From a virus, in the IMG/VR virus record IMGVR_UViG_3300006990_000020, positions 9,715 through 73,714 of that record: a stretch of DNA of 64,000 nucleotides. One strand, 5' to 3'. Shown piece by piece: positions 41,265-51,186 of the stretch; position 1 is the first letter of the stretch; every line of letters starts with the position of its first letter. The notes below the pieces were generated by a model. That model did no database searches. It was not told where the DNA came from and was given only the letters and a program-made list of their open reading frames with translations. The position numbers and the translations under genes were made by a program.

Positions 41265-44129
41265 TTAAATAATGTACCAGTCTTTACCAGAACTTCCACC
41301 AGAAACGATCGTATAACTATCGTATTGACTCATCGTAATACTTGTTTGACCGTCAATAAGATCATCAGTTCCACCCAAGGAGCCTCTTTGCTCTGCGTTT
41401 ATAGTTACTTGACCAGAACCAATATTTTTAATATTATATTTAAATCCTGCAGAGATTGAATTGTTTGCTATGTTTGGAACTGTCCAAGCTAAAGCATTTG
41501 TACTATCAAAAACATAGATTTTTTCTATTTCTCCTGAGGTTGGTGCTGCTAATGTACCTGTAGCTGCTGAAGTGGATGTTAAACTTGGTAAAGATGATGA
41601 CGATGAACCACCAGAAACAGTTGACCAGTATAAATTAACTTCATCTACAGGCGAACCACTATTTCCACCGTCTGTTGTTAAAATTTGACCTGCAGTTCCT
41701 GCGTCTGTTGGGAGTTTATATTCAGTTGTAGCACTAAGCTTACCGGGAGTTGACAAAGAAATATAGTTTTTGTTTTGTCCTACAGGGTTAGATGAGCCAT
41801 CGCCTCCGTCGTAAAGTCTTAAAGAGCTATTGTAAACGTTCGAACCACTATTGTCTTGTGGTATAACTGACAAGGCACCAAGATCAGGCATCACAGAAAT
41901 AAGATGATCTGACTGTAAAATTGTAGATTCCTGGCCGCTTAGTCCAACACCATAGTTTGCATAAAAGTCACTGTCAAATACTGCGTGCACAAGTCTTTTA
42001 GTTGAACCACCCAATCTAAACTGTGAGCATGTAATAGTTCCAGTTAAATTTAGACTTTGACTATCAACCCATTCAGCGCTTGTGTTGCTGTATGTTAACA
42101 CAGCGTTGTCTGTTGGTAAAGCAACATTAACGTCAGAGAGATCGCCTATTTCATTAGGTGTAACGGGAGGAATATATCCTCTGTTGTAAAAAAAGTTTGG
42201 ATGTGTATAATCATTGTCATAAACTTCTATTTCAATGAAACCTGATGACTTATTTAGTGTGACAGAAGTTGCCCCGGGGTGGGCTGTACTTCCTGCGCCA
42301 GCTGAGTATATGTATGTGTCTTTAGTTGATGCGTTCCAATCGTGTGGTCTAATTATTATGGTATGATTATTTTGATCTATAAAAGTAGATGCAATTTTTA
42401 TTTTTTGGCCGGCCTTTAATCGAGAAGAACCCGTTGCAGTAACGTCAGGAAGAGTAAATGTATAAGTACCAATTGAGGAAGCAGTAATTCCGGACGGCCA
42501 AAATATTCTGCTGTTATCAAAGTCTGCTACAGTTATGACTCTCTCATGTGTTGAATAAATACTATTACCAAATGCGTAAGTATTTCTACCGGTGGAAGTT
42601 ATTGACCTTGAGTTTAGGTTTCCAGATAACCATTTACTACTAGATTCATCGTAATAAAGTGCATCATAATTTTCCGGAGAAGATGTTGTCACATCTGTTA
42701 GTGCTGAAAGTGTGCTAGCTCCTCCAGAACTTTGATCGACCCATGATAGCGCACCGCTACCATTAGTTTTAAGTATTTGGTCTGCATTTCCGTCTGTATT
42801 TGGAAGTGTAAGTGTATAATTAGCTCCCGCGCTGTGGGGTGGGCCTTTAAGTGTAATACCATGACTGTTGTTCTCACAGTTTAGAACAATTCGACCGCTA
42901 CCGCTAGTAGTATTGCCTCGAATCTTAAATGAACCCGAGCCATCAGGTGCGACCTCAATATTGCCATTAGAAACCGAGCTTATAAGATTTCCGTTGACAT
43001 CCAAGTTTCCACCAAGCTGTGGTGTGGTGTCTTCAACAATATTTGAAAGGCTGCCAGCGCCAAGGCCTGCAACAAAATTAGCACGTGTCATTTTCTTAAT
43101 TGCAGAAGCTGAACTGTCATAAATCAAAATTTCGTCTGCATCTTGTACCGATGTTTCAACTGTTTGACCGTTAATATCGACGTTTAGTGTATTACCTGTT
43201 TTTGTTAAAGCATCTCCTGCTGAGATTTGTCCTGCACTTGAAAATTTTACAAACTCAACGTCAGACGTACCAACTGTTACGATACTATCAGTAGACAGAA
43301 CAAATCCTGCGTCTGCATTGTTATTCCCCTCTTCAACAAAGAAAAAAGCACCTGAGTTAAACTCAGCTGGCACATCCATATCAGAACTTCTTGTTAAAGT
43401 TAACGTGCTTCCAGACTTATCACCTACTGTATATATGCCATTCCATCTATTTGAAACGCCAGAGCTGTTTGAATCAACACCGTCTTTAATTAAGACTCTA
43501 TCCCCATCGTCTAAATTAATACCGTCAACTTCATATGAGTTCGTCGATGAATCAAATCCTCCTTCACCATTTACTAGAGTTAATGTTGTACTACTAGCAG
43601 TCGAAGACATTGTAAAAGAAGTAGTTGTTGCTGCTCTAACAGAGTCATATATGTCAAGACCTGATGCTACGGAGTCTACATAACTTTTTGTTGCAGCATG
43701 CTGGTCAGCAGTAGGAACATTATTAATTAATAAAGTGTCAGTTACAATATTGCCAAAAGTAACTGTGTCACTTGTTGATAAACCGAGAGTAGATCTAACT
43801 GTTGAAGGATCTTCATATCCAAATGCACCCTGTGCTGTTGAAACTATAAATTTATCTGCAGCATCAACTTCTGATAATTGATTTAGATCCTCTAACGTGC
43901 CAGTGATTGGGCTAGACTGCGATGAGATTGTATATTGACTACCTGCAGTTGTTGTCTTAGTTATAGTAATGTTGTTACCTGCTGCAATTAAGTCACTGCC
44001 TTCAGTGTTAACTAATTCATCAAAAGATCCGGAAACAGCATTGATTTCTTTCCACGTAAGATTACTACTACCTTTTATACCTATTTTTCCTTCGCCATCT
44101 GCGCGAGGAACTAAATTTTTTGTCGTCAT
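41265..44129 (-). CDS. Tail fibre protein (mosaic)
   Basis: AATKSYVD, SVRAATT..DG..L..GDRVLIKD..NGIY..LTR..D, IVEDTTPQLGGNLDVNG, TLPNTDGNADQILKTNGSGALSW and LxDLxDV repeats. Confidence 0.8.
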   Translation of the reverse strand: MTTKNLVPRADGEGKIGIKGSSNLTWKEINAVSGSFDELVNTEGSDLIAAGNNITITKTTTAGSQYTISSQSSPITGTLEDLNQLSEVDAADKFIVSTAQGAFGYEDPSTVRSTLGLSTSDTVTFGNIVTDTLLINNVPTADQHAATKSYVDSVASGLDIYDSVRAATTTSFTMSSTASSTTLTLVNGEGGFDSSTNSYEVDGINLDDGDRVLIKDGVDSNSSGVSNRWNGIYTVGDKSGSTLTLTRSSDMDVPAEFNSGAFFFVEEGNNNADAGFVLSTDSIVTVGTSDVEFVKFSSAGQISAGDALTKTGNTLNVDINGQTVETSVQDADEILIYDSSASAIKKMTRANFVAGLGAGSLSNIVEDTTPQLGGNLDVNGNLISSVSNGNIEVAPDGSGSFKIRGNTTSGSGRIVLNCENNSHGITLKGPPHSAGANYTLTLPNTDGNADQILKTNGSGALSWVDQSSGGASTLSALTDVTTSSPENYDALYYDESSSKWLSGNLNSRSITSTGRNTYAFGNSIYSTHERVITVADFDNSRIFWPSGITASSIGTYTFTLPDVTATGSSRLKAGQKIKIASTFIDQNNHTIIIRPHDWNASTKDTYIYSAGAGSTAHPGATSVTLNKSSGFIEIEVYDNDYTHPNFFYNRGYIPPVTPNEIGDLSDVNVALPTDNAVLTYSNTSAEWVDSQSLNLTGTITCSQFRLGGSTKRLVHAVFDSDFYANYGVGLSGQESTILQSDHLISVMPDLGALSVIPQDNSGSNVYNSSLRLYDGGDGSSNPVGQNKNYISLSTPGKLSATTEYKLPTDAGTAGQILTTDGGNSGSPVDEVNLYWSTVSGGSSSSSLPSLTSTSAATGTLAAPTSGEIEKIYVFDSTNALAWTVPNIANNSISAGFKYNIKNIGSGQVTINAEQRGSLGGTDDLIDGQTSITMSQYDSYTIVSGGSSGKDWYII

Positions 44130-44156
44130 ATTGTATTTGCTCCAGTTTATTTAATA

Positions 44157-44165
44157 CTAATTATT
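44157..44165 (-). promoter_or_regulatory. Putative late promoter motif AATAATTAG
   Basis: Motif copy upstream of the GGAG RBS of the tail fibre gene. Confidence 0.5.
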
Positions 44166-44194
44166 AACACAAATATGTTTATGCTTTATATCTG

Positions 44195-44776
44195 TTAACT
44201 ATTTAAATTATACCCGTTATTTGCATAAGGATTATGAAAATAAAATCCAGTGCCATCACGACCTGTATTAGATAACTCTGCGGACTGTAATGATCCTGTT
44301 GGGCCGCTAAAGTCTATTCTAAATGCATCTCCTCCACCTCTGTCACCCACCATTGCTTTAATAGCATAAAAGACTCCTGCAGTAAGCGTAACAGACCCGT
44401 CGCTATTAATTTCGCCATGCGCACCACCAGCATCACAAAGTGCATTGTTTTTATTTAAGTTCCATTCTAATGGCTCTGCGTTTGAACCAACCCATAAATA
44501 ACCTGCATCATCACATCTTATTCTAAAGTGCCATGTCCCAGAGACATCAGGTCTAAATAAACCACAGATCACATGAGTATCAAGGTCTGAAATTGTTCCT
44601 GATCTGTTGACTTGCGCTAGCACGCCTTCGTCAACCCAAGACTCGTCTAAATATCCTTCTAATCTACTAGGATCGTCATTTGTACCTTCATGATCACCAG
44701 AATTGTCTGTGTTTATATAACGATCGAACTTCCTTATATACAAACCACTTACTAATTTCTTTCTAAACACAATCAT
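44195..44776 (-). CDS. Stand-alone PA14/GLEYA-like carbohydrate-binding protein
   Basis: GLFRPDVSGTWHFRIRCDDAGYLWVG...LTAGVFYAI...DRGGGD, including the adjacent DD pair of PA14 lectins. Confidence 0.75.
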   Translation of the reverse strand: MIVFRKKLVSGLYIRKFDRYINTDNSGDHEGTNDDPSRLEGYLDESWVDEGVLAQVNRSGTISDLDTHVICGLFRPDVSGTWHFRIRCDDAGYLWVGSNAEPLEWNLNKNNALCDAGGAHGEINSDGSVTLTAGVFYAIKAMVGDRGGGDAFRIDFSGPTGSLQSAELSNTGRDGTGFYFHNPYANNGYNLNS

Positions 44777-44782
44777 TCTGGA

Positions 44783-45883
44783 TTAAGTCCTCACTAAGTG
44801 CAAGTTAGCTCTTAAACCTTGCGCGTTTGCAGGAGTTGTTGTTATTGCAAATGTAATTACGTCACCACTGTCACAGACTGCATTAGTAACAGTGGTTGTG
44901 GTTGCAGAAGTGTTTGTTCCTGATAGTGATAAACTTATCATAGAATTACTATCTGTTGTATTTGTAACAGTTATAGTTACATTTCCGCTCGTCGTGTGTT
45001 GATCTAGATAAAGGTCTAATCCTGTAACTGTCAACCCATATGGACAGTTAAATCTAAAAGCGTTTGTATCTGTTTGAACATCTAAACCTGGAATACTAAG
45101 TTCTGTCACAATAGACTCAGGTAAACTACTAAAACTTACCACGCCTAATCCATCTGTCGATAAAAATTGACCGCTACTGCCATCAGATGTTGGAAGCGTA
45201 TAGGGACTAGCACTAGATTGATCATTGACATCGCCTATAAAAAAGTATCCTTGATCCAGATTAGGCGTTGCATTTGTTCTACCTGCTCCCCCTACAATCA
45301 ATTCACCATTGCTGCTGTGTGATTTTATTATTTTCCCTATATTTTGTATTAGACTACTGCCTGCTGGCGGTGTGTTAACAAAACCACCTGGAGTTAAATC
45401 ACTTACATAAAGAGTGTCACCTTCACTATAAGATGTATTTGTGTCTATTCCTTTAAAAAGACCACTGTAGACAACATAACCCTCTTGCTCAGCTGCAATG
45501 TCATGCTGTACAAATCCAAATGCAGGCATTGTTGCGGATGAGCTTGAAGAAGCCAAAGAAACTTCAGGCTTATTTCCACTATGACCTGTAATACACACAA
45601 TTTGTCCTTTCAAAAGCGTAGTTGTTGATGACGGGTTCTTAACAGGAAAAGAAAGTGCTTTAGGTAAAGAATCACCTTGAAGAAGAGCGATATCTCCATC
45701 TTCGTCTGGGAAAGTAATTGTTCTATCACTTGTTGGGTCTGTGATTGCTATCTCAAGCTCAAAATTATTATCTGTTGAACCTTCAAAAGCTAAGCCGCCG
45801 CTACTAATAACCATCCTATCTGTAGGCTTGATTACTTTTGTTCTTCCGTTATCATAGTAGCTAAATTTACTAATGTCCGTCAT
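44783..45883 (-). CDS. Fibre-type structural protein
   Basis: FEGSTDNNFE..I..TDPTSDRTITFPD, GDTLYVS..PGGF...P and LPTSDGSSGQFLSTDG modules. Confidence 0.65.
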   Translation of the reverse strand: MTDISKFSYYDNGRTKVIKPTDRMVISSGGLAFEGSTDNNFELEIAITDPTSDRTITFPDEDGDIALLQGDSLPKALSFPVKNPSSTTTLLKGQIVCITGHSGNKPEVSLASSSSSATMPAFGFVQHDIAAEQEGYVVYSGLFKGIDTNTSYSEGDTLYVSDLTPGGFVNTPPAGSSLIQNIGKIIKSHSSNGELIVGGAGRTNATPNLDQGYFFIGDVNDQSSASPYTLPTSDGSSGQFLSTDGLGVVSFSSLPESIVTELSIPGLDVQTDTNAFRFNCPYGLTVTGLDLYLDQHTTSGNVTITVTNTTDSNSMISLSLSGTNTSATTTTVTNAVCDSGDVITFAITTTPANAQGLRANLHLVRT

Positions 45884-45888
45884 TTAAA

Positions 45889-46722
45889 TTACTCCTTTGT
45901 TGTTATGTTTCCGTTGTCATCAAACTCAAAATACAAGTCTCTAGCATCGTTTCTTTTAGTAGTAACGTATTTTATTGTATTTATTATGTTGTCGTTATCT
46001 AGCGTCATATTGAAGTCAAGAGAAAATAGTCCGGTGTCACCGTCCAAAATTTTAGTTGCTCTTAAATTGTCACTATTAGCCGGGTCTGGCTCCCAAAGAG
46101 AACTTAGTGATGAATTACTTGTTTCGTTAGACTTTTTTCCAATATAAATAAAAGCTTCAATATAGTCAGGATCAGCGCTGTTTGTACCTTCTCCTGGGTT
46201 TTGTTGAAAGAATACACCGTTGAAATAATCAAAATACCAGTATCTTTCATCTGTGACTGTTATTAATTCTCCACTACCTTTCGTAGTAGCATCTCCGCCA
46301 ATATAAGCTTTAACCTCATATACTACACCAAAAGAGGGTGGAACTATTTGAACATCTCCTGCAGATGAATGAATTGCTTTGTTACTTATAAAGTTGCCTT
46401 CTCCTGACTTATCGCTTGTTGACGAAGATGAGTAGTTCGCAGGAAGACTAGAAAAGTAACCATGATATAGAGGCCCAGGTTGCACAGCTTCTGGAGCAAA
46501 GGAAAGAGGAAGCCTTACATATTCAACAATGTCGTCAGTTACGTCATAAAGATTTTCATTTAATGGGTTGGCAGGTATTACTTCACCAAAAACAGTCTGA
46601 GCACTAATTGTAATACCTGTAGTTTTAGGTTCGTTAAAAACTTCAGCTTGATTTTTTGTATGTGCTTTCCCAGAAAGCTTTTTTAAGGAAATTTGTTGTC
46701 GAGTGTCACTTGTAAAACTCAT
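45889..46722 (-). CDS. Hypothetical structural protein
   Basis: KKLSGKAHT...WYFDYFNGVFFQQ...AFIYIG; in the fibre cluster. Confidence 0.5.
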   Translation of the reverse strand: MSFTSDTRQQISLKKLSGKAHTKNQAEVFNEPKTTGITISAQTVFGEVIPANPLNENLYDVTDDIVEYVRLPLSFAPEAVQPGPLYHGYFSSLPANYSSSSTSDKSGEGNFISNKAIHSSAGDVQIVPPSFGVVYEVKAYIGGDATTKGSGELITVTDERYWYFDYFNGVFFQQNPGEGTNSADPDYIEAFIYIGKKSNETSNSSLSSLWEPDPANSDNLRATKILDGDTGLFSLDFNMTLDNDNIINTIKYVTTKRNDARDLYFEFDDNGNITTKE

Positions 46723-46725
46723 TTT

Positions 46726-49700
46726 TTAGCTCCAGACTAATTCTATTCTGTTTATATCACCAGACCAATTTTGTCCAGCTACGATTTTAACGATAACTTC
46801 GTCTCCCGGAAAAACATAAACAGTACCAAAAGTTACGTTATTTGTTATACCTAAACCAGAATTTCCTACAGTAGAAGTCAAACTTCCACTTAAACAGCCG
46901 TCGTTGTCTTGAAACTGTGCAGTTGCAAAAGGTATTGCTAAATCTAGAAAACCAGTACTTTGACTGTTTGTAGTAGTAGGTAATTTAATAAATACATTAA
47001 TATTATTTCCTGTTAAAGAAACAGTGTTGTCAACTATAGATGCATTATTTCCTTTGATTTTTAAACTAAAACCGAATTTTGATGCACCTGAGTTGTTTTC
47101 AAATTTTCTATAAAAAGTTCTATTGCCTGATGTTATAGAGTAATTAGGGTTTGCAGTAGGTCCAACTAGTGATGCACTATTACTAAAGTTTGATGTTGGG
47201 TAAATCAATTTATTATCAAAAAACTGCAATCCTGTATTAAAGTTTGCATTTAAACCTGTCAAGCTTTCTAATGAAGACCAAGAACCATTACTAATGTCTG
47301 TTTGACCGTTGTATACGTCGTCTTTGAGTCTATAAGTCTCTGCAGAAAAATCTTCAACCAAAGCAGTCTCAGTATCGTTAACTGTGTAAATCAAAGGACT
47401 TGCAGACTGTACACTATTGCTTGTAAAAGATACACTCAAAGGATGTCTAACACGACAAGACACTTCAGCATTCAACAAGCTCCCAGGGATTGATTTAACA
47501 ATATCAAAATCAATTAATGCATTAATATTTATGTCTTCGTCGTAAGCAGAAGAAACATTTACGTCCAAATCAGGTAACACACTTGATGATGCATTATAAA
47601 TACTGTTGACAATGCCTGTTCCATTTACATCGATTGATGTAACCGTAGAATTACTTGTGATTGGAAAAGAAATAGCCGTGCTTGAGCTGTCATAAATATT
47701 TTTATAAGCATTAGATACTGTTGTTTGACAAGTTGCTCGAGCTGAAGAGAAGTAATTTACTCCTGATAGATAGTTGGGTGGTGTAGTTCCTTGCACAAAA
47801 GTATTTGTAGGAATTGCAAGCGGGGTAAATGACATAGATGAATATTCGCTATTTACCCATTCAACATAGTTTGTTTCAAATACATTTGTTCCTCCATCAA
47901 GATCGTGAATTACTCTTGCATAATTCCATCCGTATCTCTGATCTGAAGTGTTGATTTGATAACTTCCTGTTCTGTAAAAGTATCGATAATCAGGCAAGTT
48001 ATTATTGTCTCTACCTACAAGTGCTTCTGTTATATTAAGGAAACCTGTGTTGTTTGAGTTTAAAGAGTTACCGCTGGAAAACGTAAATAAGTTAACTGTA
48101 CATTGGGGGATGATTGTTCCGTTGACTTCAAGCTTTAACTCTCCAACATTTGCTTTTCCGCCTCCCCAAGCGTTTGCTGGGTAGTTATTTCCTTGTGACG
48201 ACGTTGTTTCATTTATTTCCCCGTTTATCGATACAGATCCATCAAATATGCCTCTTCTAAGATTATTAGAAAATGACGTCATCCTATATTCATCATTAGC
48301 ATTAACTTGGTTTGAGCTACCTAAACTTCCAACATTTTGGTATGAGCTTTTAGCAAGGTTTGCACCAAAGCTTAGATTTCCTGTAACACCTGAGTTATTA
48401 GAATCTATATTGGTTGTGTCAGGAGACGGCAAAACAGAACCAACAGCTCCAAAGTTAACATTCAAGTAATCTATTTCTCCAAGCCAAGTCTTGTTAGACT
48501 CTACTTTGACAAGAATCGATTCATTGTTACCAATTGCAGATGTTCCAAACGTTAAGTAGTTATTTGGGTTTTGTGATATATTGTTAGTAAAAGATCCAAT
48601 CTTACCACCACTACCATCTGGATTTATTGTGTTATAAGAAAAGTCTGTTGCTGTGTCTAACCAAGATGAAGACCCTGGGAGTTTAAAATAAAGCTTAAAG
48701 TTGTTATTGTTACTTCCTAAACTAGTAGAATGAGAAAGTATTTGACCTACACCACTAATATTATAGCGAATGTCTCTGACTTCACTTCCCGTAGTATTTG
48801 TATATTTTCTTATATATCTTTTAGTGCCAGCGTTTATATTCCCGTTAGAATAATCTGGATTACCTGATGGTCCGTTTAACAAAGTAGAAAAATTTCCACT
48901 ATTTATAATGTTTGTATTTTTCGTAGACATGAGTTTGTCATTATAGACAAGAAGACCGTCGTCATATCCAGAATTACCGGATGTTATTCGTTGTGTTGAG
49001 GACCATTGATTTGATGTGTTGCTGATATCAGATTGATTGTTAAATGTTGTACTAATTAGTCTGTGACTTTCATCTCTAAACTCCTCACTAGTATTGTTAC
49101 TAAAGCTTGATGAATTGTCAATTAAAATTTCTGACTGGCTTGACAAAGTTAAACTCTGGTTAATCGATTTGTATGGGTGAAAAACACTACAGCCTACTTC
49201 AATACCTGGGTTTGCTTCAGTAATAATTCTACCTGAACTTGGTAGACTTATTGTTCCTGTGCTTTGTACATTCAAGTTTTTAGTATGATCTTCAGTTGCT
49301 ATATTAATTTGACTAATACTAGAATCAGGAAACAAAATAGAAGATCCGCTAGGCATGGAAGAAGCATCAATGCTAGACGCAATTGTGCTGTAAGTATATT
49401 TATAGAAATTAGATATACTTGCAGAGTAATCTGCAGTACCGCCAGTAAAATATTCTACTCCGCTTAGATGTTTACTACCTGCTAGATTTAAAGTTAATCC
49501 AGAAGATAAAACAGATAAATTTTCGTTATTGTCGTCATTTACCCACTGCGCAAACCCAGTTATTTTATCGACCTGACCAGGTATTACATGTTTAACTTGT
49601 ACATAGTTAAAACCATTGACTTGATCTGCATGATGAATAATCCAGTTGCCAGTTCTATGAGTAAAAGTAGAAAATTCTTGTTCAGATGCAAACTTTCCTG

Positions 49701-50631
49701 GAGATGATTCACTTAAGTTTTTGAAACCGCTACCGTTAGAGTTTAAATGGTTTCCTGTTCCCGATCCTGGGGCACCTAGTCCTACAGAAGTCGTTAAATC
49801 AATAGAATGGATTTCATTACCATTTAGAAAAAGCTTGAGCTCTCCTTCATTTGCTGAAGAAAAGGAGTTCTCAGGATAGTTTACAATATTATTTGTATAA
49901 ACATCACTGCTCTGTAGGTCGTTCAGTACTCCTTCAATATTTGTTGTTTTTCGAAAAACACCGAGCTTGTAATGAAGTTTATCATTAGTTGTTTGTGAAT
50001 TTTCTGCCTGATACAAACCATTGACATCAACGACTGGGTATCCTTCGAGCGCAATAACAGAAGTATATCCAGGTGATTGATCATTATTTAGCCCAAAAGA
50101 TAAATAAGAGCTTAGTGCAGGTGGTGACGGATCTTCGACTGTGAAGTCTTGGAGTTCCGGAGCTTGTCTTGGTGCTAAGCCTTTTAAAACTTCATTAAAT
50201 CTGTCGACTACAGTCCCAACAGAAGTATTGTCTGTAAAGTCTGTAAAGAGTCCGTCTAAATAACTACCGTCTTCTGCTGTCCCTATATTTATTCCTCCAG
50301 AATGTATAATAGAACCAGAAACTGATAGAGAGCCTGTTGAAACAGCATCTACTTCAACGACATGATTTTCAGTATATAAAGTTCCACTTACTACTACATC
50401 GCCGCCAAACAAAGTTACAGACTTATCTGAGTTATTTTCTTTGCCATCTATTGCTCCACTGACAAATAGGAAAACATCAGATCCAACGTTAGATAAAAGT
50501 CCTGACGGGACTGATCCTTCATTGTCAGGTGCATCTGTGTCTGCATAAACTGTTATTTTAGGATTCGGTGCGGATCCTGAGCCAATTAAGGCTTTGGTTC
50601 TAATCTGATCACTTAAAAAGTCTTTTGCCAT
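46726..50631 (-). CDS. Large structural protein built from two tandem ~570-aa homologous modules
   Basis: Paired motifs ANEGELKL/ANVGELKL, GPSGNPDYS/GPTANPNYS, LTFGT/VTFGT and WLGEID/WSGDIN; N-terminal LFGGDVVVSGTL fibre-like motif. Confidence 0.65.
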   Translation of the reverse strand: MAKDFLSDQIRTKALIGSGSAPNPKITVYADTDAPDNEGSVPSGLLSNVGSDVFLFVSGAIDGKENNSDKSVTLFGGDVVVSGTLYTENHVVEVDAVSTGSLSVSGSIIHSGGINIGTAEDGSYLDGLFTDFTDNTSVGTVVDRFNEVLKGLAPRQAPELQDFTVEDPSPPALSSYLSFGLNNDQSPGYTSVIALEGYPVVDVNGLYQAENSQTTNDKLHYKLGVFRKTTNIEGVLNDLQSSDVYTNNIVNYPENSFSSANEGELKLFLNGNEIHSIDLTTSVGLGAPGSGTGNHLNSNGSGFKNLSESSPGKFASEQEFSTFTHRTGNWIIHHADQVNGFNYVQVKHVIPGQVDKITGFAQWVNDDNNENLSVLSSGLTLNLAGSKHLSGVEYFTGGTADYSASISNFYKYTYSTIASSIDASSMPSGSSILFPDSSISQINIATEDHTKNLNVQSTGTISLPSSGRIITEANPGIEVGCSVFHPYKSINQSLTLSSQSEILIDNSSSFSNNTSEEFRDESHRLISTTFNNQSDISNTSNQWSSTQRITSGNSGYDDGLLVYNDKLMSTKNTNIINSGNFSTLLNGPSGNPDYSNGNINAGTKRYIRKYTNTTGSEVRDIRYNISGVGQILSHSTSLGSNNNNFKLYFKLPGSSSWLDTATDFSYNTINPDGSGGKIGSFTNNISQNPNNYLTFGTSAIGNNESILVKVESNKTWLGEIDYLNVNFGAVGSVLPSPDTTNIDSNNSGVTGNLSFGANLAKSSYQNVGSLGSSNQVNANDEYRMTSFSNNLRRGIFDGSVSINGEINETTSSQGNNYPANAWGGGKANVGELKLEVNGTIIPQCTVNLFTFSSGNSLNSNNTGFLNITEALVGRDNNNLPDYRYFYRTGSYQINTSDQRYGWNYARVIHDLDGGTNVFETNYVEWVNSEYSSMSFTPLAIPTNTFVQGTTPPNYLSGVNYFSSARATCQTTVSNAYKNIYDSSSTAISFPITSNSTVTSIDVNGTGIVNSIYNASSSVLPDLDVNVSSAYDEDININALIDFDIVKSIPGSLLNAEVSCRVRHPLSVSFTSNSVQSASPLIYTVNDTETALVEDFSAETYRLKDDVYNGQTDISNGSWSSLESLTGLNANFNTGLQFFDNKLIYPTSNFSNSASLVGPTANPNYSITSGNRTFYRKFENNSGASKFGFSLKIKGNNASIVDNTVSLTGNNINVFIKLPTTTNSQSTGFLDLAIPFATAQFQDNDGCLSGSLTSTVGNSGLGITNNVTFGTVYVFPGDEVIVKIVAGQNWSGDINRIELVWS

Positions 50632-50849
50632 TACGATTCGCTTTCTATTGCAATATAGTTAACAGTTAATTCTAAATCATTGTTTTTCTGTACAACAAAA
50701 AAACTATTTTGAACGTCTGCTAAATATAAGCTTGTATTGTTATTAGGTGTTAGTTTAATTACAGGTAAGCTTGCAAACGCTTCTTCGAAAGTAACAGTTT
50801 TTTCTCTTTCTCCAGCAGAAAAGCTTATTATTCCTCTAGCAAAGCTCAT
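50631..50849 (-). CDS. Small H-type-lectin/gp53-like fold protein
   Basis: G.I.F...VTFEEAFASLPVIKLTP...F.V...VNYIAI pattern. Confidence 0.5.
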   Translation of the reverse strand: MSFARGIISFSAGEREKTVTFEEAFASLPVIKLTPNNNTSLYLADVQNSFFVVQKNNDLELTVNYIAIESES

Positions 50850-50850
50850 A

Positions 50851-51171
50851 TCAGTTTTCCTCGTTTATAAACACTTGAACGTGGACTTTGCCTGTAAAGT
50901 TTGATGAAGACTCTATTGTTACTGTTGTACTTGTCAATGACGTGATGAAAACATTAACATTGTCATCTGCAGGCGTAGCAGCAATAACAGGAATTTGAGT
51001 GTACGTTTCAGTAAAAGTGTACGTTTCTTCATGAGAGTTATTAAAGTCTAGTATAGTAACTTCTGACGCACCCTGACCAAGCATGTTTATCTCATCATAG
51101 ATAGGCCTAGTTCTAATCAAAGGATACACCTTTTTGTATCTGTTTAAATCATATTTGCTTTTAATAAACAT
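50851..51171 (-). CDS. Small H-type-lectin-like protein, paralog of 50631..50849
   Basis: YTFTETYTQIPVIAATP...NVFITSLTSTTVTI...VHVQV. Confidence 0.5.
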   Translation of the reverse strand: MFIKSKYDLNRYKKVYPLIRTRPIYDEINMLGQGASEVTILDFNNSHEETYTFTETYTQIPVIAATPADDNVNVFITSLTSTTVTIESSSNFTGKVHVQVFINEEN

Positions 51172-51186
51172 GTATCATCCTATTAG

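Noticed and set aside
38086-50631. Diversity-generating retroelement or invertible fibre cassette
   Set aside because: No reverse transcriptase, recombinase or near-identical nucleotide repeat pair was seen; the repeats are old and visible only at protein level.
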